From the human T2T-CHM13v2.0 reference genome, Homo sapiens, in NCBI RefSeq assembly GCF_009914755.1, contig NC_060932.1: 64,000 nucleotides of DNA. The stretch is one strand, 5' to 3'. The translations under genes were made by a program, and so were the position numbers. The notes under the pieces were generated by a model. That model was not told the origin of the DNA and did not search any database. It was given only the letters and a program-made list of their open reading frames with translations. The stretch's first letter is position 1. Each line of letters opens with the position of its first letter. Positions 25,630 through 40,183 of the stretch are shown piece by piece.

Positions 25630-27589
25630 TCAAATTTCTGCTATATCATTTCTAATCCTCTATGAATCATTGAATTATTTTAAATAAGTAAGGACTAGAT
25701 CATGTACCAGAAGGCAGGGTGAAACTTCTTTAATATTTTGATATTTCAGTGCATTATAGGTTATGTACAATAGAGCTGTTTTAAGTAAAAATTTGCAATA
25801 GAGTTTTGGGCTATAAACATTAAATCCAACTCTGTAACCAGAAAAGAGTATTTAGTTTACAGGACTAGATTTACAACAGGATCAGAAATTCAACAGGGTT
25901 TAAATAAGCAACCAAAAGCTTTAGTTACTGAATAAAATTTATAAATTATGTAGCTGACTCCACCTTATTAATATTATTAAACAATATACAGAGAGAGTAA
26001 CTAATTTGCTCAAAGTAAAAAAAGCTGGATGTAGAAGAGAGATGAAAATAGAAATAAGTTACAATGAATATATTAATATACAGATATTGAGCATATCCAG
26101 GTCACTTATGAAGTATGCTTGCCTTTTACTTTTATTACACTCCAACTAACACAAACTAAGCAGAAGAATGAGAAGGACAGCATTCATATTCAATTGAAAA
26201 AAAAGAAGAAGATGCATCTGTGAAGATTAAATATTAGAAAAATGGACCATGCCAAAGAGATACATATACGAAGATTTTAAAAGGAGGTTTCATATATCAT
26301 ACAATCTACGCAGTATGCTTCTATGATTATTTTCCTGCTTTGTAACTTCAGTTCTCCTCTTCTGTCACCATGGCATAAACTTCATCTCTAACAAACCATA
26401 TGTGGTAACTTCAACATACCATATTTGGTTAGTCTCTCTCTTTCATGGACTAATGGTTGTTAAATGAGCACACTGATACATGTTACATGGCATTGTGCAC
26501 TGAATAATAGCTTGTACATTCAAACTTACTGTTTTGATTTTTGAACTTGGAAGTGTAGAATAATGTACCACGAGGAAGTAAGCTAAGTATAAAACAAGCC
26601 TTGTGACTTAATAGAAATTCTAGCCATTAAGTAATGACAGACATTAACTGTTGAGTTAGAGAATACTGAAAAGCAGCTTTTACAAACTCACGTATCTTTA
26701 ACATGGAGGCAATTCCTATTGTGTTACAGAGAACACCGCATCATTGATCAATAACAAGAAAAATATTTTAAATGAGCAAACTTGATTTGTAAATGATTTC
26801 CTAAGAGAAATGCTTTTCTTTCATCTCATGTAAATGTGGTTGTCTCAAAGAAAACACAAGGTCAAATTATTAGTCTAAATGAGTAACAATGACTAACAAA
26901 GTGGGGCAAAGCAGTCTTTTTTGTTCATTTGGGGTCTTCTGTTTTTATTTGTGTTCTGATAATAATAGGGACAATAAGTGCCTGGTTGCAAATTGAAAGA
27001 TAAAAAGGGCGATGTTTAATGATTAAATTCTCTAAGAAATTTGAGTATATTTGCATTATCAAAAGTAAAATACAATCTAAAAAGTGATTACTACTGGCAT
27101 ACTTACAATTCTGTTTTACTGTAAAAAGAGTATTTGATATAGGGATAATGTAAAGATATTTTAAATAAATTATTGATTTTTATTTATCAAAAAAATTATC
27201 ATTACAAATGACGCAATGTAAAATAAAATTCTGTCATACAGCTATTATAACTTCATTATTAAAATCTAAAGAAGCCTGAAATAAAGATTTAAAGTCTCTC
27301 TTTCATGCAAAAATATGAAAAATGTAAATAGCAAGGGGTCTATATATTTTCAACAAGAAACAATTTGTTGAACAGTTCATAAAACAATTTGTAAAATTTA
27401 TTGAACACTTTAAAAAGACAAAAACAAGAAAAGACATACTCCTCTCAAATAAAACAAATTCTTGAAAGAGCTCAATTGAATAGGTTTATTTAGCTCTTCC
27501 TTTCAAACTCAGAAGTCAGAATCAAGAATATAATGGGTTGTTGACATCAGGTTTAAGGCTTAATTTGATCAAAAAGCTCTTGTAGTGGG

Positions 27590-27700
27590 TAGTGTAATTA
27601 TGTCTCATACAATATTTGGGACACATTTATATTTTTAAAATATGCTTTAATCTGAAATTCAAATTTAACTGGGGGTCCTGTATTTTATCTGGCAAAGTTG
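27590..27700 (+). mobile_element. Duplicated 3' half of MER53
   Basis: atctgaaattcaaatttaactgggggtcctgtattttatctggcaa; no matching left TIR. Confidence 0.85.
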
Positions 27701-28008
27701 GTTTGAAGAGTACACAGTTCAGAAACTGGGTGTTTCATGGGAGTCAATAACTTAATGGGTTGTTGACATCAGATATGAAGAGACGATTCTCTTCAGTCCT
27801 TAGAAAGGGTGGATGCTATTGACTTATGTGATTTGGTAGAAAAGCTATTAGTAAAAAAATGATGTCCACTATCAGAAGTCCCTATCAGTCCTTTTAAAGA
27901 AGCAACTTAGAGAGGGCAGACAGTAGGATCTCTTCTAGGAAGAAAATGAGGAAAACAAGCAAACAAAACAAAAAATAATGTCTAGCTTTGATTATATTCA
28001 GTTTTAAT

Positions 28009-28192
28009 TTGGGTTGCTGGATTTAGAATATAAATATATATGATAGCTGATTAAATTAAAAATTTAAATGACAAATTTTTTAGTGTAATTATGTCTCATG
28101 CAATATTTGGGACACATTTATATTTTTTAAAGCATGTTTTAATCTGAAAATCAAATTTAACTGGGTGTATTGTATTTTATCTGGCAAACTTG
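28009..28192 (+). mobile_element. MER53 hAT MITE (palindromic), full copy
   Basis: gggttgctgg left end, central tatgtctcatgcaatatttgggaca, right end tattttatctggcaaacttg; degenerate 8-bp TSD gttttaat/gtttaaag. Confidence 0.85.
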
Positions 28193-30064
28193 GTTTAAAG
28201 AGTACACATTCCAGGCACTGGGTATTTCAGAAGGGCTCAATAACATAATTTGTTGTTGACATCAGGTTTAAGACTTAATTTGATCAAAAATCTCCTGCAG
28301 TGGGTATATTTTCTACCTTGGGCCATTGTTGAGGATGGCATTTATGTTTTCCAGTCCATGGCCTGTCAAGGGGCCCCAGCTTAAAAGAAGAAATTCTCAG
28401 CAACCTAAACCTGTAGCTTACTGAATCACCTGTAGTTAGGAAAGTGAACACTAAAATGCTCAGGAATTTGGACAAATAGAAGCTTAACAGTAATACCTTT
28501 GTTATATTCTAAAAAGAGCTTCATACAATTTTATGAAATTACAAGTTAATGTTATATAAATATCACCTCAATAAATTATCATCAAACACACACTAGAGAA
28601 TTTAAAGCTATTTTTTCGGTCCTCATTCAGTGAGTGTGGGCTCCATGAATAAATTTTTCCTTAAATCCTCTTTCCCGAGGACATCTATAATATATATATT
28701 TTTTCCTTTCAACTTTGATACAATTTCAATTTTTAGTATTAGCTCTCTGAAGAGGATAAGAAAAAGATAGACAATATCAGCTGATGTATGGAATTTTTCA
28801 GAGATTTGTATGGAGAGTCAACTGAAAGTTACAAATGAACATATTAATATATGGATATTGAGCATATCTTGATTTTAAAACGTTTAATCAATCAGGGTTA
28901 ACTATTACAGAAATTTCTGGCTTAAACATAGTTTAAACTGAATTATCTGTATACTTAGTTTTCATAACTAAAATATAGTGTCTATATTAAATATTTATAG
29001 CAGTTTGGTCTTAACAATAAATAAATCAGTAACAGATATGCCTTCTGCTTTTGTCCTAACAACTTGGAGGAAAAGAGCCAGTAAAATTGAGGCATTGCTC
29101 TGATGCATGAGAGCCTGACATGGTAAGAGACCATAAACCATGCTGCAGTAGGCATATCACATTCATCCTAGTTTTAAGATGTACTAACAGACTCAAAACT
29201 ACTCCTTAAGCTGTCCGTGGGAAAGAAAGTTGAGAGCATTTGCAATGATGCACAGCAGTCATGAAAACAATTTTGGACATTAATCACAAGCATCTGGAGA
29301 AAAAGAATGCCCTGATTTCTGGGTTGGCATGAGTGGGTAGGTAGAGAGTAGTTAGTGTCACTTCCCATTTTTGTCCGTAGATATTTAAAATTATGTTCTA
29401 AAAAAAATGTGTACGTGGTAATAAGTGCTTGGTTTTTTAATACATGAGGTTGGATAGCTGAGCATTGAAATCCCTCCTTTTCCTAAACATTTCCCTTTTT
29501 AAATTGGAAGGCATTTTTGAACAGGCTCCTAGTCATTTGCTCCAAAAATTTATTTCCAGATATATCATCTATTTTTCCACATAAACACTATGCCACATGC
29601 AAACTGTCCTATTTCATTCTTTAAGGGGGAAAATCTCTCCAGGCTTTGTCTGTTACTGCCCCCTTCCTCTATTATTACAATTCTAATCCCTTCTTCAAGT
29701 CTTCCCAGTGACCTTTTTTTTCTTCAGGTAACCTAGTTCTGAAAACCTCTTTCTGAAGTGATCTTTTGTCTCTTATAAATTTTTAAATGATATGGCAGAT
29801 AAATTTCTGAGATACTTTACCATAAACTGCAATGCAATATATATTTGGAAAATTTTCTTCAGAATAGTATTATAATTACTTTGCCTGGAATAAAAAAGAG
29901 AAAGAAAAGTTTACTACATATAATTATGTTGAGACTATTTTATATCAGCCTTTTTGTATACTCTTGATGTTTTTTAGTGGTTGTTAAAATTGATCACAAG
30001 AATGTCTGTATTTTTGCTTCAATGGTTTTTGCACCCTTGCAAATTAAAGCACTTGAGCTAATAA

Positions 30065-30570
30065 CAAGGAAGCCTCTGTGGCTCTGCCTACTCTCTGTCT
30101 TTTTGCCCTCCACCATCCCATCGCTCAGAATGCTATACCACCCTCAACTTCTTTCTGTCCCTTGAATAACTCAACCTTGTTTATCTCTTTCTGGGTCTTC
30201 GCACTTCTTATCCCTTTTATTTAGAATACTCATCCCATGACTGCTTTCTTCTGATTATGTCTCAATTGAAATATCAGTTCAGAGAAAAATTCTCTGACCA
30301 CCTTTAGCTAAAACAGCTCTCAAAGTTCTCTTGGCTCTCATTTAACTCTTCATAGAATTCATCCCTCCCTCCCCTTCCTTCCTTCTTCCCTCCCTCCCTT
30401 CCTTCCTTGCTGTTTTTATCCAATCAACTATAAGCTAATTGAGAAAAGGGACTCTGTCTCTAAAATGGTGACTCTATCCTAGTCACCATTTTACCCTCAG
30501 CGTCTAAAACAGTGCCTGGTATATGATAAATGCTTAAAACATATTTGCTAGATAACTGGTGGATTGAATT
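30065..30570 (+). mobile_element. L2 3' end with internal (CCTT)n
   Basis: ctataagctaattgagaaaagggac...aacagtgcctggtatatgataaatgcttaaaacatatttg. Confidence 0.8.
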
Positions 30571-31075
30571 ATTCTGAGGAATACATAAGGCAATGATAAA
30601 AAAGGACCCATATCTGATAAAACAGCTTGGAGAAGAGCATATTAGTGAGGTTCAGGACTTTTCTTGTGGACTAGTGTTTAGAACATTGGGGTGAAGTCTG
30701 GAAGCCCTATTATAAGGGCTGAGTCAGGAGAATCACAGGCAAGAAATACATCATTGAACTTATTACCTGTAGAGGTGATATTGTGAAACTTAACCCCTTT
30801 GACTTCTTCCAGAGTATAACTGTTTGAGTTGTTATGAGCAGTGGCACAAAGCAAAGTATAACTGTTTTCTGTGATAACATGTAAGCTACTTTCTATTGTG
30901 TTATCGGTTGCTTACAATTAACACATACCTAAGTTATAATATAAATTTTCAGGATTTCTAAGCAATACAGCATTTGACATCAAGTTTTTTTGTTGTTGTT
31001 GTTCGTTTGTTTTGTTTTACTTTGTGTTAGTTGTAAACTTATTCCTGGTTTTAAAGTATCTAGCTTTATCTAGTT

Positions 31076-31322
31076 CAAGGATTAGTGTATGTTTTTGATA
31101 AAGGGCTAGATATTAAATAAATTAGGAATTACGAACAATTAAAACCTTGTTTACATGCTGCTTTTTGTGTGTACGTATATGATCGTACATAACAGTGTGC
31201 GTGCACACGTGTTTGTGTGTGCGTAATCCTTTACAATTGTAAAAGTCATTCTTAGCTTGGGTTCATAAAACATCAGCCTGCAAACTAGATTTGGTCCAAA
31301 AGGCATATTTCGTCTACCTCTA
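31076..31322 (+). mobile_element. MER58-type hAT-Charlie MITE
   Basis: taaagggctagatattaaata...tgtaaaagtcattcttagctt...gatttggtcc; perfect 8-bp TSD atctagtt (31068-31075 / 31323-31330). Confidence 0.8.
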
Positions 31323-34300
31323 ATCTAGTTAATTTATTTTTTGGTTCTTGAAATGAAATTTCTCCTTTGAGATGGGAATCTCACTTTTTAAAATACATAT
31401 TACTTCTTGAATTTATAACTTCCATGGTGCACCAATACCTCCTGGATTACTCATCTGCTATATTCTTTTTATCATAGACCTAGTTCTTTCTGTCCTCCAA
31501 CAACCTGCCTTGTTTATATTTTTTCTTGTCTTCTATTATTCTGTCCTCCAGCAAATAAATATAAGACGTTAAAAGTGGTGCACAATGTTTCTCCAATCTC
31601 AAGCCCTATGTTGTTATTGACACCCTTCTCTGGGACTCTGCTGCCTATGAAATCTCTAAGTATGACTAGTTCCCAAATTCCAGTCACCTGATTTAAATCA
31701 GCTAGAAGGACATGTTGATTATTCACATTGGACCTATCAGATGCCTATGATTATACTGGACTTGCTTCTTGTTTACATATTGCTTTGCACATTTTAGCTT
31801 GCAGACTTTGTTTCTTCCAAGTATATGCAGATGAACCTGTTGCTTCACTACCTGTCTTCTCACTGTTGGTGGGTTTAGTCTCAGATAATCATTCCATTTC
31901 TATCTTACCATCTCATTGCATTCTACCACGTTTTGCCAGTATGTGCCATGACATCTGATCTTCACCTCTCCAGTTTTAATGTTGATCCAGTCTTAATATC
32001 TTGTTTTTCCCCTAGTTATATACTTATTTTCTTGTGCCTTCATCCTCATCGTTACGACTGATGCTTTCATCTCTATGTACAAATATATTCAGGTCTTGTA
32101 ATAAAAAAATAAACACACAATGTTTCTTTCCTTTCCAAAACCATTCTCTCAAGTTCCCAATCAATCTCTTGTAACTATAGTCAAAGTTCTCAAAAATATT
32201 GATGAGTTCAAATTAATTTAGATCCATCTTTCCATTCCACCCAGTGATTCATTAACTTTGTAAATGCAAAACCTACATTCTCACTTTCATCTTACTTTTC
32301 ACCCCCAAAAGTTTCAAAAATAATTTTTTCCTTTCAATTTCCAAATTACTGCTTCATGACCAATTACTTTAATATATCTGTTAAAATCATTTTTAATATT
32401 TTAAAATTATATTTAAAATATATTTACCAAAATATTCAAACAAAACCCAATTTTTTTCTGGAAATGCTTGCTATATAGAATACAATATTTTTCTTTAATT
32501 TATTAAAATACATGCATTAAGAAAATCTCTACTAAGAGAACTATGAACATATAGTCTCAATATTTTAAAATCTCATGTGACCTACAGTCTTACTCAGTTA
32601 ACGAACATTAATGAAATGCCTACTGTGTTATAAATACACATTATATGTCAGCACTCCTAAACTCTCTTTCACATGCCAAATTCAAGCATCCATACACCAA
32701 CTAATGAACATATTGACACATCGTAGTGATAATCCTTTGCAGGCAATATTTTTATTTATTTTAGTTAATTTGGTATATCCAATAGTGTTCATAAAATATC
32801 TGCATATTACCTTATATTTTGGCTTTATCATTTTATGATAATGAATAAAAAATGAAAGATATGATAAGTTGTATAGAACTCATTATATTAGAAAAATTAA
32901 CGCAGCAGAGGTTACTCATTATGTGTGCCAGAAAGCAGTGAGATTTTAGCCCCAAGCAGATGGCCATTTGGCCTTAAGCAAATTTTCCTGTGTCCCATTT
33001 TGAGGTAAAAGAAAAATATTGAGTATCATCTCCAAAATGCTGGAAATACATTATTGAATATTAAGTCTAAAAGTGAGGCATATGGGATGAATGACATAGC
33101 TTTATATTTCTGAGAATGCAACTCTCTTTTATAATCATTCATTAGGAGAATATTATTCATCCTAATGAATAGGTTTTATATGTGTGAAAATTAAAATGCT
33201 CCAGTGCATATTATTTTATAATATATATAGTAATATTAATAAAAACCATATTATGTGAAAATATTATATAATATCATCAACATTTTAAATATAAACATTG
33301 TTTTTCAACTGCCATTATACTAATGGTGAAATAAATACAGTCTGATTTTGTTTGTTTCATACCTCAAAATTTAATACACAGCAATTTTAACTATCAGCAA
33401 CAACCTTCTTTTGATGCTTAACAGCTTCAAGCTACTTAGTTATTTTTAATGCCCTGTTAATTAAAATGTGCTGTGTTTTAGTTAATATACGAAATAACTT
33501 ATTTCTTCTCAAATTTTAAAGATTATATTTTGGATTATCTCAAAATGTCATCTGAAGCAAATCAGGATATTAAAAGCTTTTTACTACTAAATCCCTAAAA
33601 TGGTAAGAGAATTGTGACAACAAGGATCTTTCATCAAACACTCCTTTGTTTGCAATAGGATCGTTTCCACAATAGTGATGCAACATAAATTTTGTCAGAT
33701 GATTATAGATTTGGAAGAACAATATAAAAAGAGATCTCCAAATATTACATTTTGATTACACATATTGAGATATCAAACCTATTAATAATGAAACCCACAG
33801 AACCAAAATGCAGTTTTATCTTCTCACAGGCTTTTTGCGAAGCATAAAAAAGTAATGCTTGAGAAATTGCTTTGAAAACCATAAAATGATTTAATAATAA
33901 AAAACATTATTACTAATCTCTGAGAATGAATACCTACAATTGAATTACTAGAATGGTTTTGAAAGTTTAGTGTAATTGAAAATTGTAGTACAAACATACA
34001 ACTATTACTATTCAATTTGTCCTGTGAGACCTTAACGTTTGTTAGAATTTGAAAGCTATCTTCTATATAATTTGAATTTCTGGCATACAGTAGTAAAACA
34101 CTGCATATACATAAATATACACAGTTCTAGAAAATATATACTATGAAGTATTTTTACAAAAATTTAAAGTACAAAATGAAGTCTACATCACATTTTTAAT
34201 AAACAAATTTTATTTTGTCTATGCAGACTCTACATGGACCCATCAAACAAATGCATGCAAAAATATATTTTCTTCACAATTAACTGAAGTTTAAGCAAAT

Positions 34301-36059
34301 TAGCTATTTATGCCTTCATAATTAAGGTTAGGTACCTAATTACACTCATAGACATCCCACTGTATTAGCCAAGTAAGGCATAAATATCTGTACAGTAGAG
34401 TGTAATTACAATTTATACATGCATGATAAATGTAGCTACCATAGTTATTAATAAGCAGGTAAGCAGATAATCATGAATTAAATTTAGGTTTTAATGGTAA
34501 TTTAAATAAATGCTCTAAAAATTAGTATATTCACATACTATTTGGTATTTGTAAAGTTCCCTCTTAGATAAAGCTGAAGTCTATTTACCATATTTAATCT
34601 AACAGTCATAAATTTCAAAGTTTAACTCCCAAAAGACAGTATGCATTATTTTCTTACAATAGCTACAAAATATATGATTCATTGATGATTACATATCTCT
34701 AGTTACAGATAAAAATGTGATACTATCTAACAAAGCTCTGTAGAATTGCCTCTTTGACCCAGTAATCCCATTTTGAGAAATTTATGTTGAAAGTACAGCT
34801 CCAGACATACAAGATAACCTACACACGTTATTTATTAAAGAATCATTTGAAATAGCAAAATATTAAAAGCCATCTAAATGTCTATTCATAAAGAACTGAT
34901 AAACAAAACAATCCCCCAAAAATGAAATATTCGCTAAAATAGTTTTATTCAGGAGCTCAAATTTAGGACAGTCTTCATGATCTGTTAAATGGATTTATGA
35001 TTTGCAGTTAAGAAAAAATATAGAACAGTATTAATATGCAGATATGTGGTTATTTTTGTAAAAAGAAATACAAAAAGGATTAAGTCAGAAACAGAAGAGA
35101 AAATTACCTAACGAGAGTACATTAAAATAGGGTATAAAGTTTAAGTGTTGCTCTGGCACTTGTCTGTTTATGCCTTTTTAATGTAGGTGCGTATATACAG
35201 AATACTTTCATGGTTTTTTTCTTAGTACAGCTAAGAAAAGCAACAAAAAAAAAAGCTTCAGGAAAATCTTGAAATCTTAGTAGACTTGTTGTTTGTTGTG
35301 ATATTGGTTTAGAAATTCTGAAACTTTTATATTTGTATTACAGAGAAGGTGGAGCAAACGAGTGTGTTGGGGTTCTTGAGAACCAAGTTCTTCACTGTGG
35401 GAGAAGAAATACATAGAGTCTGGGAGATGTGGAAGAACTGCATGGTGCTGAATTTGAATTGTAAGATTCAGTATGACTATATGAGCTTGTCACTGAATAG
35501 TCCTAGGGATATGAGACAGTCAAGCACTCAGGGTTTGGTTTTGGAATACCATTGTTATTAAAAAGAACCAAGGCACCTTTAGATAAATAGTCAACACCTC
35601 ATCTGGGGAAAGGAAAGCATAAAATAGAATACTTTAATGTGCTAGATGGTAAAAAGGTTTTAAGAAATAGAGAGAGACGGGGAGGGAGGGAGGGAAGATA
35701 AAGATAAAGAAATAGGGACATATTTGAAAGACACATGAGCCAACTTTAATGTGTTCCCTGTCAACAAATTTGGGAAAACTTGAAAATCAGAGTGAATAGT
35801 GGAGATGGATTATGCCACCATTATATTGTTGAGAGAAAAAACTCCATGAGTCACTCACATTTTTGCAAATGTTCTGAATAAAGGCACTGACACTTTTGTT
35901 CCGGACTATCATTTTAAGGATATTTGTATAGCAAAGAGAGATACAAATGCTCCCTCTGGTGCAGAAGAGACTTACATCCTGACCAGGATAAATAAGATAC
36001 TATCTTTCTCTAAAGGAAGATTAGACAGGTTTGCCAGCAGTCCCTTTATGAGGTCTTTT

Positions 36060-37207
<1,148 letters not shown>

Positions 37208-37289
37208 GTCATTGTACACTTAAAATTTGTGAAAAGGATAGATCTGTTAAGTATTCTGATTACAGTAAAATAAAATACTAAGAAAAAAA

Positions 37290-37593
37290 GATGAGGTCAC
37301 TAGCATGGACCCTAGTCAAATGTTACTGTTGTCTTTAATAATAAGGGGGAATGTGAATGTAGAGAGAACATATGAGATGAAGGCAGAGACTGGGGGATCT
37401 ACAAGTCAAGGAAACACCAAATATTGCCCACAAACCACCAGAAGCTAGGGAAGAAGTATGTAACAGATCCTCTCTCATAGACATCAGGAAGAACCAGCTC
37501 CACTGAAACCTTGGTCTTGGATTTCTAGCCTCTAAAACTGTAAGGCAATAAACATCTCTTGTTTAAACTACCCAATTTGTGATGCTTGTTTAT
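37290..37593 (+). mobile_element. MLT1C-like LTR fragment
   Basis: gaaggcagagactgg...caagtcaaggaa...aaaccaccagaagctagg...ggatttctagcctc. Confidence 0.8.
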
Positions 37594-38779
37594 GTTTGGG
37601 GTTCTCTATGCTTGGAATTTCTCAGCTGTGAGGTTTGTGCTACCAGTTATGCTATAAAAACTTTTATTGCCTCTGATCCAGGGATCTCCTGTCTTTTTCC
37701 AGCATCTATGAAATATGGACCCTACACATTTATTAAGAGGATAAGAAAGAATTCAGGAGTACTTAATGATACTCAAAAAGTGAGGGAGAGGCTCTTCTCT
37801 GCTTAAGAAACTTTGCATAGTACATTTAAAAGCAAGGCTAAAACCAGAAAATCGCCGTTTCACAACCACTAAAGTGATCAGTGTTTCCAGGAAGGGTAAT
37901 GAATGGATGCGAAAATCATTGAGTAAAAATTTGATAGGGAAATGGATAGTCACTTGCTTCTAGTTACAGGAGAAATCACAAGGAGATTTTTCATTTCTTA
38001 ATTGCAATGAAAAAAGATAAATTTTAAGTGGACAGATGTTGCAGATGCTATCTTATCCAAGTGATCAAATTTAGGACCACTAATAATGAAAGAAACTAAT
38101 ATTATGAACTTTCTGATGAGATATAATAGAAAGCACACAAATTACACATTACATTTTCCCAAATATGTTTAATTTCAATGTTATTAGCTAACAATCAGGG
38201 AAACTCACATTTGACACGTTCTATGAGACAACTGACTTGGGGCCTTCAAAAATATAAATGTGATAAAAACAAAAAAGGTAGAATACTCTTCTATATTAAA
38301 GGAGATTAAATATCTAGACAATGATATGTTACTGGTCATATTTGACTGAGTCTTCAGTCAAAAATGCATCTAAAATACCTTTTGGGATATTTGGATAACT
38401 TAAAATTATGGACTTTAAAATAAATTATTGTCTTGTTAATGCTAAATTTCTGGGTTGCAATAATGATATTGTGGTTAAAGAGATAAAGCAAATGAGGCAA
38501 ACTATTAACCAATTATAAAACAAAGTGAAGGGTGGATGTATGTTTCTAGTACTATTTTCAGTTGTAAAATTTTCAAAATAAAACACAAGAATCTTTTCTA
38601 GTTTTGTAAATGTTTGCCATCATTTATTTTATTCATCAAGTAATAAATTGGGTAGTTTTGTTGACCAACTAACATGTATGTTGTGAATGAAGTCTAACAT
38701 GCGTAAAATAAAATGAATAAACAAATGATTATCATATCATAAAAGTGTATTGAAAATACAAATTCAACATAAAATTTGT

Positions 38780-39079
38780 CTGTTGCCAGGGGAACTTTCT
38801 CAACCAAAAGGTATGGCATGGTCATACACCAGAGTTAGATGACAAAAGACACAAGTTCAGATTCTGGAATACAGAAATACACATTCTGCCTCAGATGTCC
38901 TCTCGCTGAACTTGAGTCCCAGTTGCTCACAGCAGAAATTTGCTCATGGTCTTTCTTCCCTCCCTGTCTTTTCTTTCCTGTGTCCTCACTTGTGATTCCT
39001 TGGACCAGCTCCCTGATAAATTACCAACACCTGGTCTTCACTTCAAGGTCAACTTTTTAGGGGACCTCAAACCAAGACC
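38780..39079 (+). mobile_element. LTR16-family ERVL LTR fragment
   Basis: 3' end ctccctgataaattacc...caaggtcaactttttagggggacctcaaaccaagac. Confidence 0.6.
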
Positions 39080-39831
39080 ATTTGACAAAATGCCAGAAAT
39101 TTATAACAGTTTCTGTTGTGCTTTTATTTTAATTCATCAACATGGAAAGTATGTTGCTGTTATAAATGAAATGCTAATGTGATAAAACCTTCCCCCAACC
39201 GAAGTCAAATCTTACAGAGGTAAAAGTTTTTATGGAATTCCTTCATGTAAAATTAAACTGCTCCTTCTTCTCTTCTAGTTAGGGCAAGTTTTTTATGCAC
39301 GTCAAACGGGAACTCAATTATGAGGTTAGGCTCATGTCAGCACAGATGGGGCATTGTGATTAACACATTAAAAAATTGCCTTTTAACTGTTAGCACCCTC
39401 AATAATCATCTTATTTTTTCTCTTAAATTATCCACTTATATTCCTTACCTTATTGCTTTTCTTAAATGTAGTTTATATATCCATCTTATATTTTCTCTTG
39501 TAGTAAGTGACATAATTGTTTAAAGTAATAGTTTTGTCAAAACAGTCTTTTATTAGTAAGAGGTATAATAGTTGTTTATATTTTAAAGTCAATTATTGAC
39601 ACTATAATAATATACTTTCTAAGATTTTTTTCTAATTTTTTGAAAACGTAACTTACCTAATCTGAATGTTTTCAGATATCTACTTTCATTGGTATAGACA
39701 TGTAAAAGAGAGGAAAATTTAAAATAAAATGTGTTGGTGAACAAGTTTTAATTAAAAGCACAAAGGAATAACTATAGTAAATATAATAACAGTTATTCAA
39801 TTTGGTATACAAATTTTCGCTCAATTTTTAA

Positions 39832-40183
39832 AAATCAACTTTTATTTTATGTTCTGGGGTACATGTGCAGGATGTATAGGTTTGTTACATAGGTAAATAT
39901 GTGCCATGGTGGTTTGCTGCACAGATTAACCCATTATCCAAGTTTTAAGCCCAGCACCTATTAGCTGTTCTTCCTGATACTGTCCCTTGCCCCGCACCCC
40001 TGACAGGCCCCAGTGTGTGTTGTTCCACTCCATGTGTCCATATGTTCTCATTGTTCAGCTCCCACTTAAAAGTGAGTAGATGTGGTGTTTGGTATTCTGT
40101 TCCTTTGTTAGTTTACTGAAGATAATGGCTTCCAGCTCCATCCACATTTCTGCAAAGGAGATGTTCTTGTTCCTTCTTATGGC
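39832..40183 (-). mobile_element. L1PA (about PA10-11) 3' UTR, 5'-truncated
   Basis: ggggtacatgtgcaggatgt..gtgccatggtggtttgctgcac; 17-bp TSD ttt(c/t)gctcaatttttaa. Confidence 0.93.
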
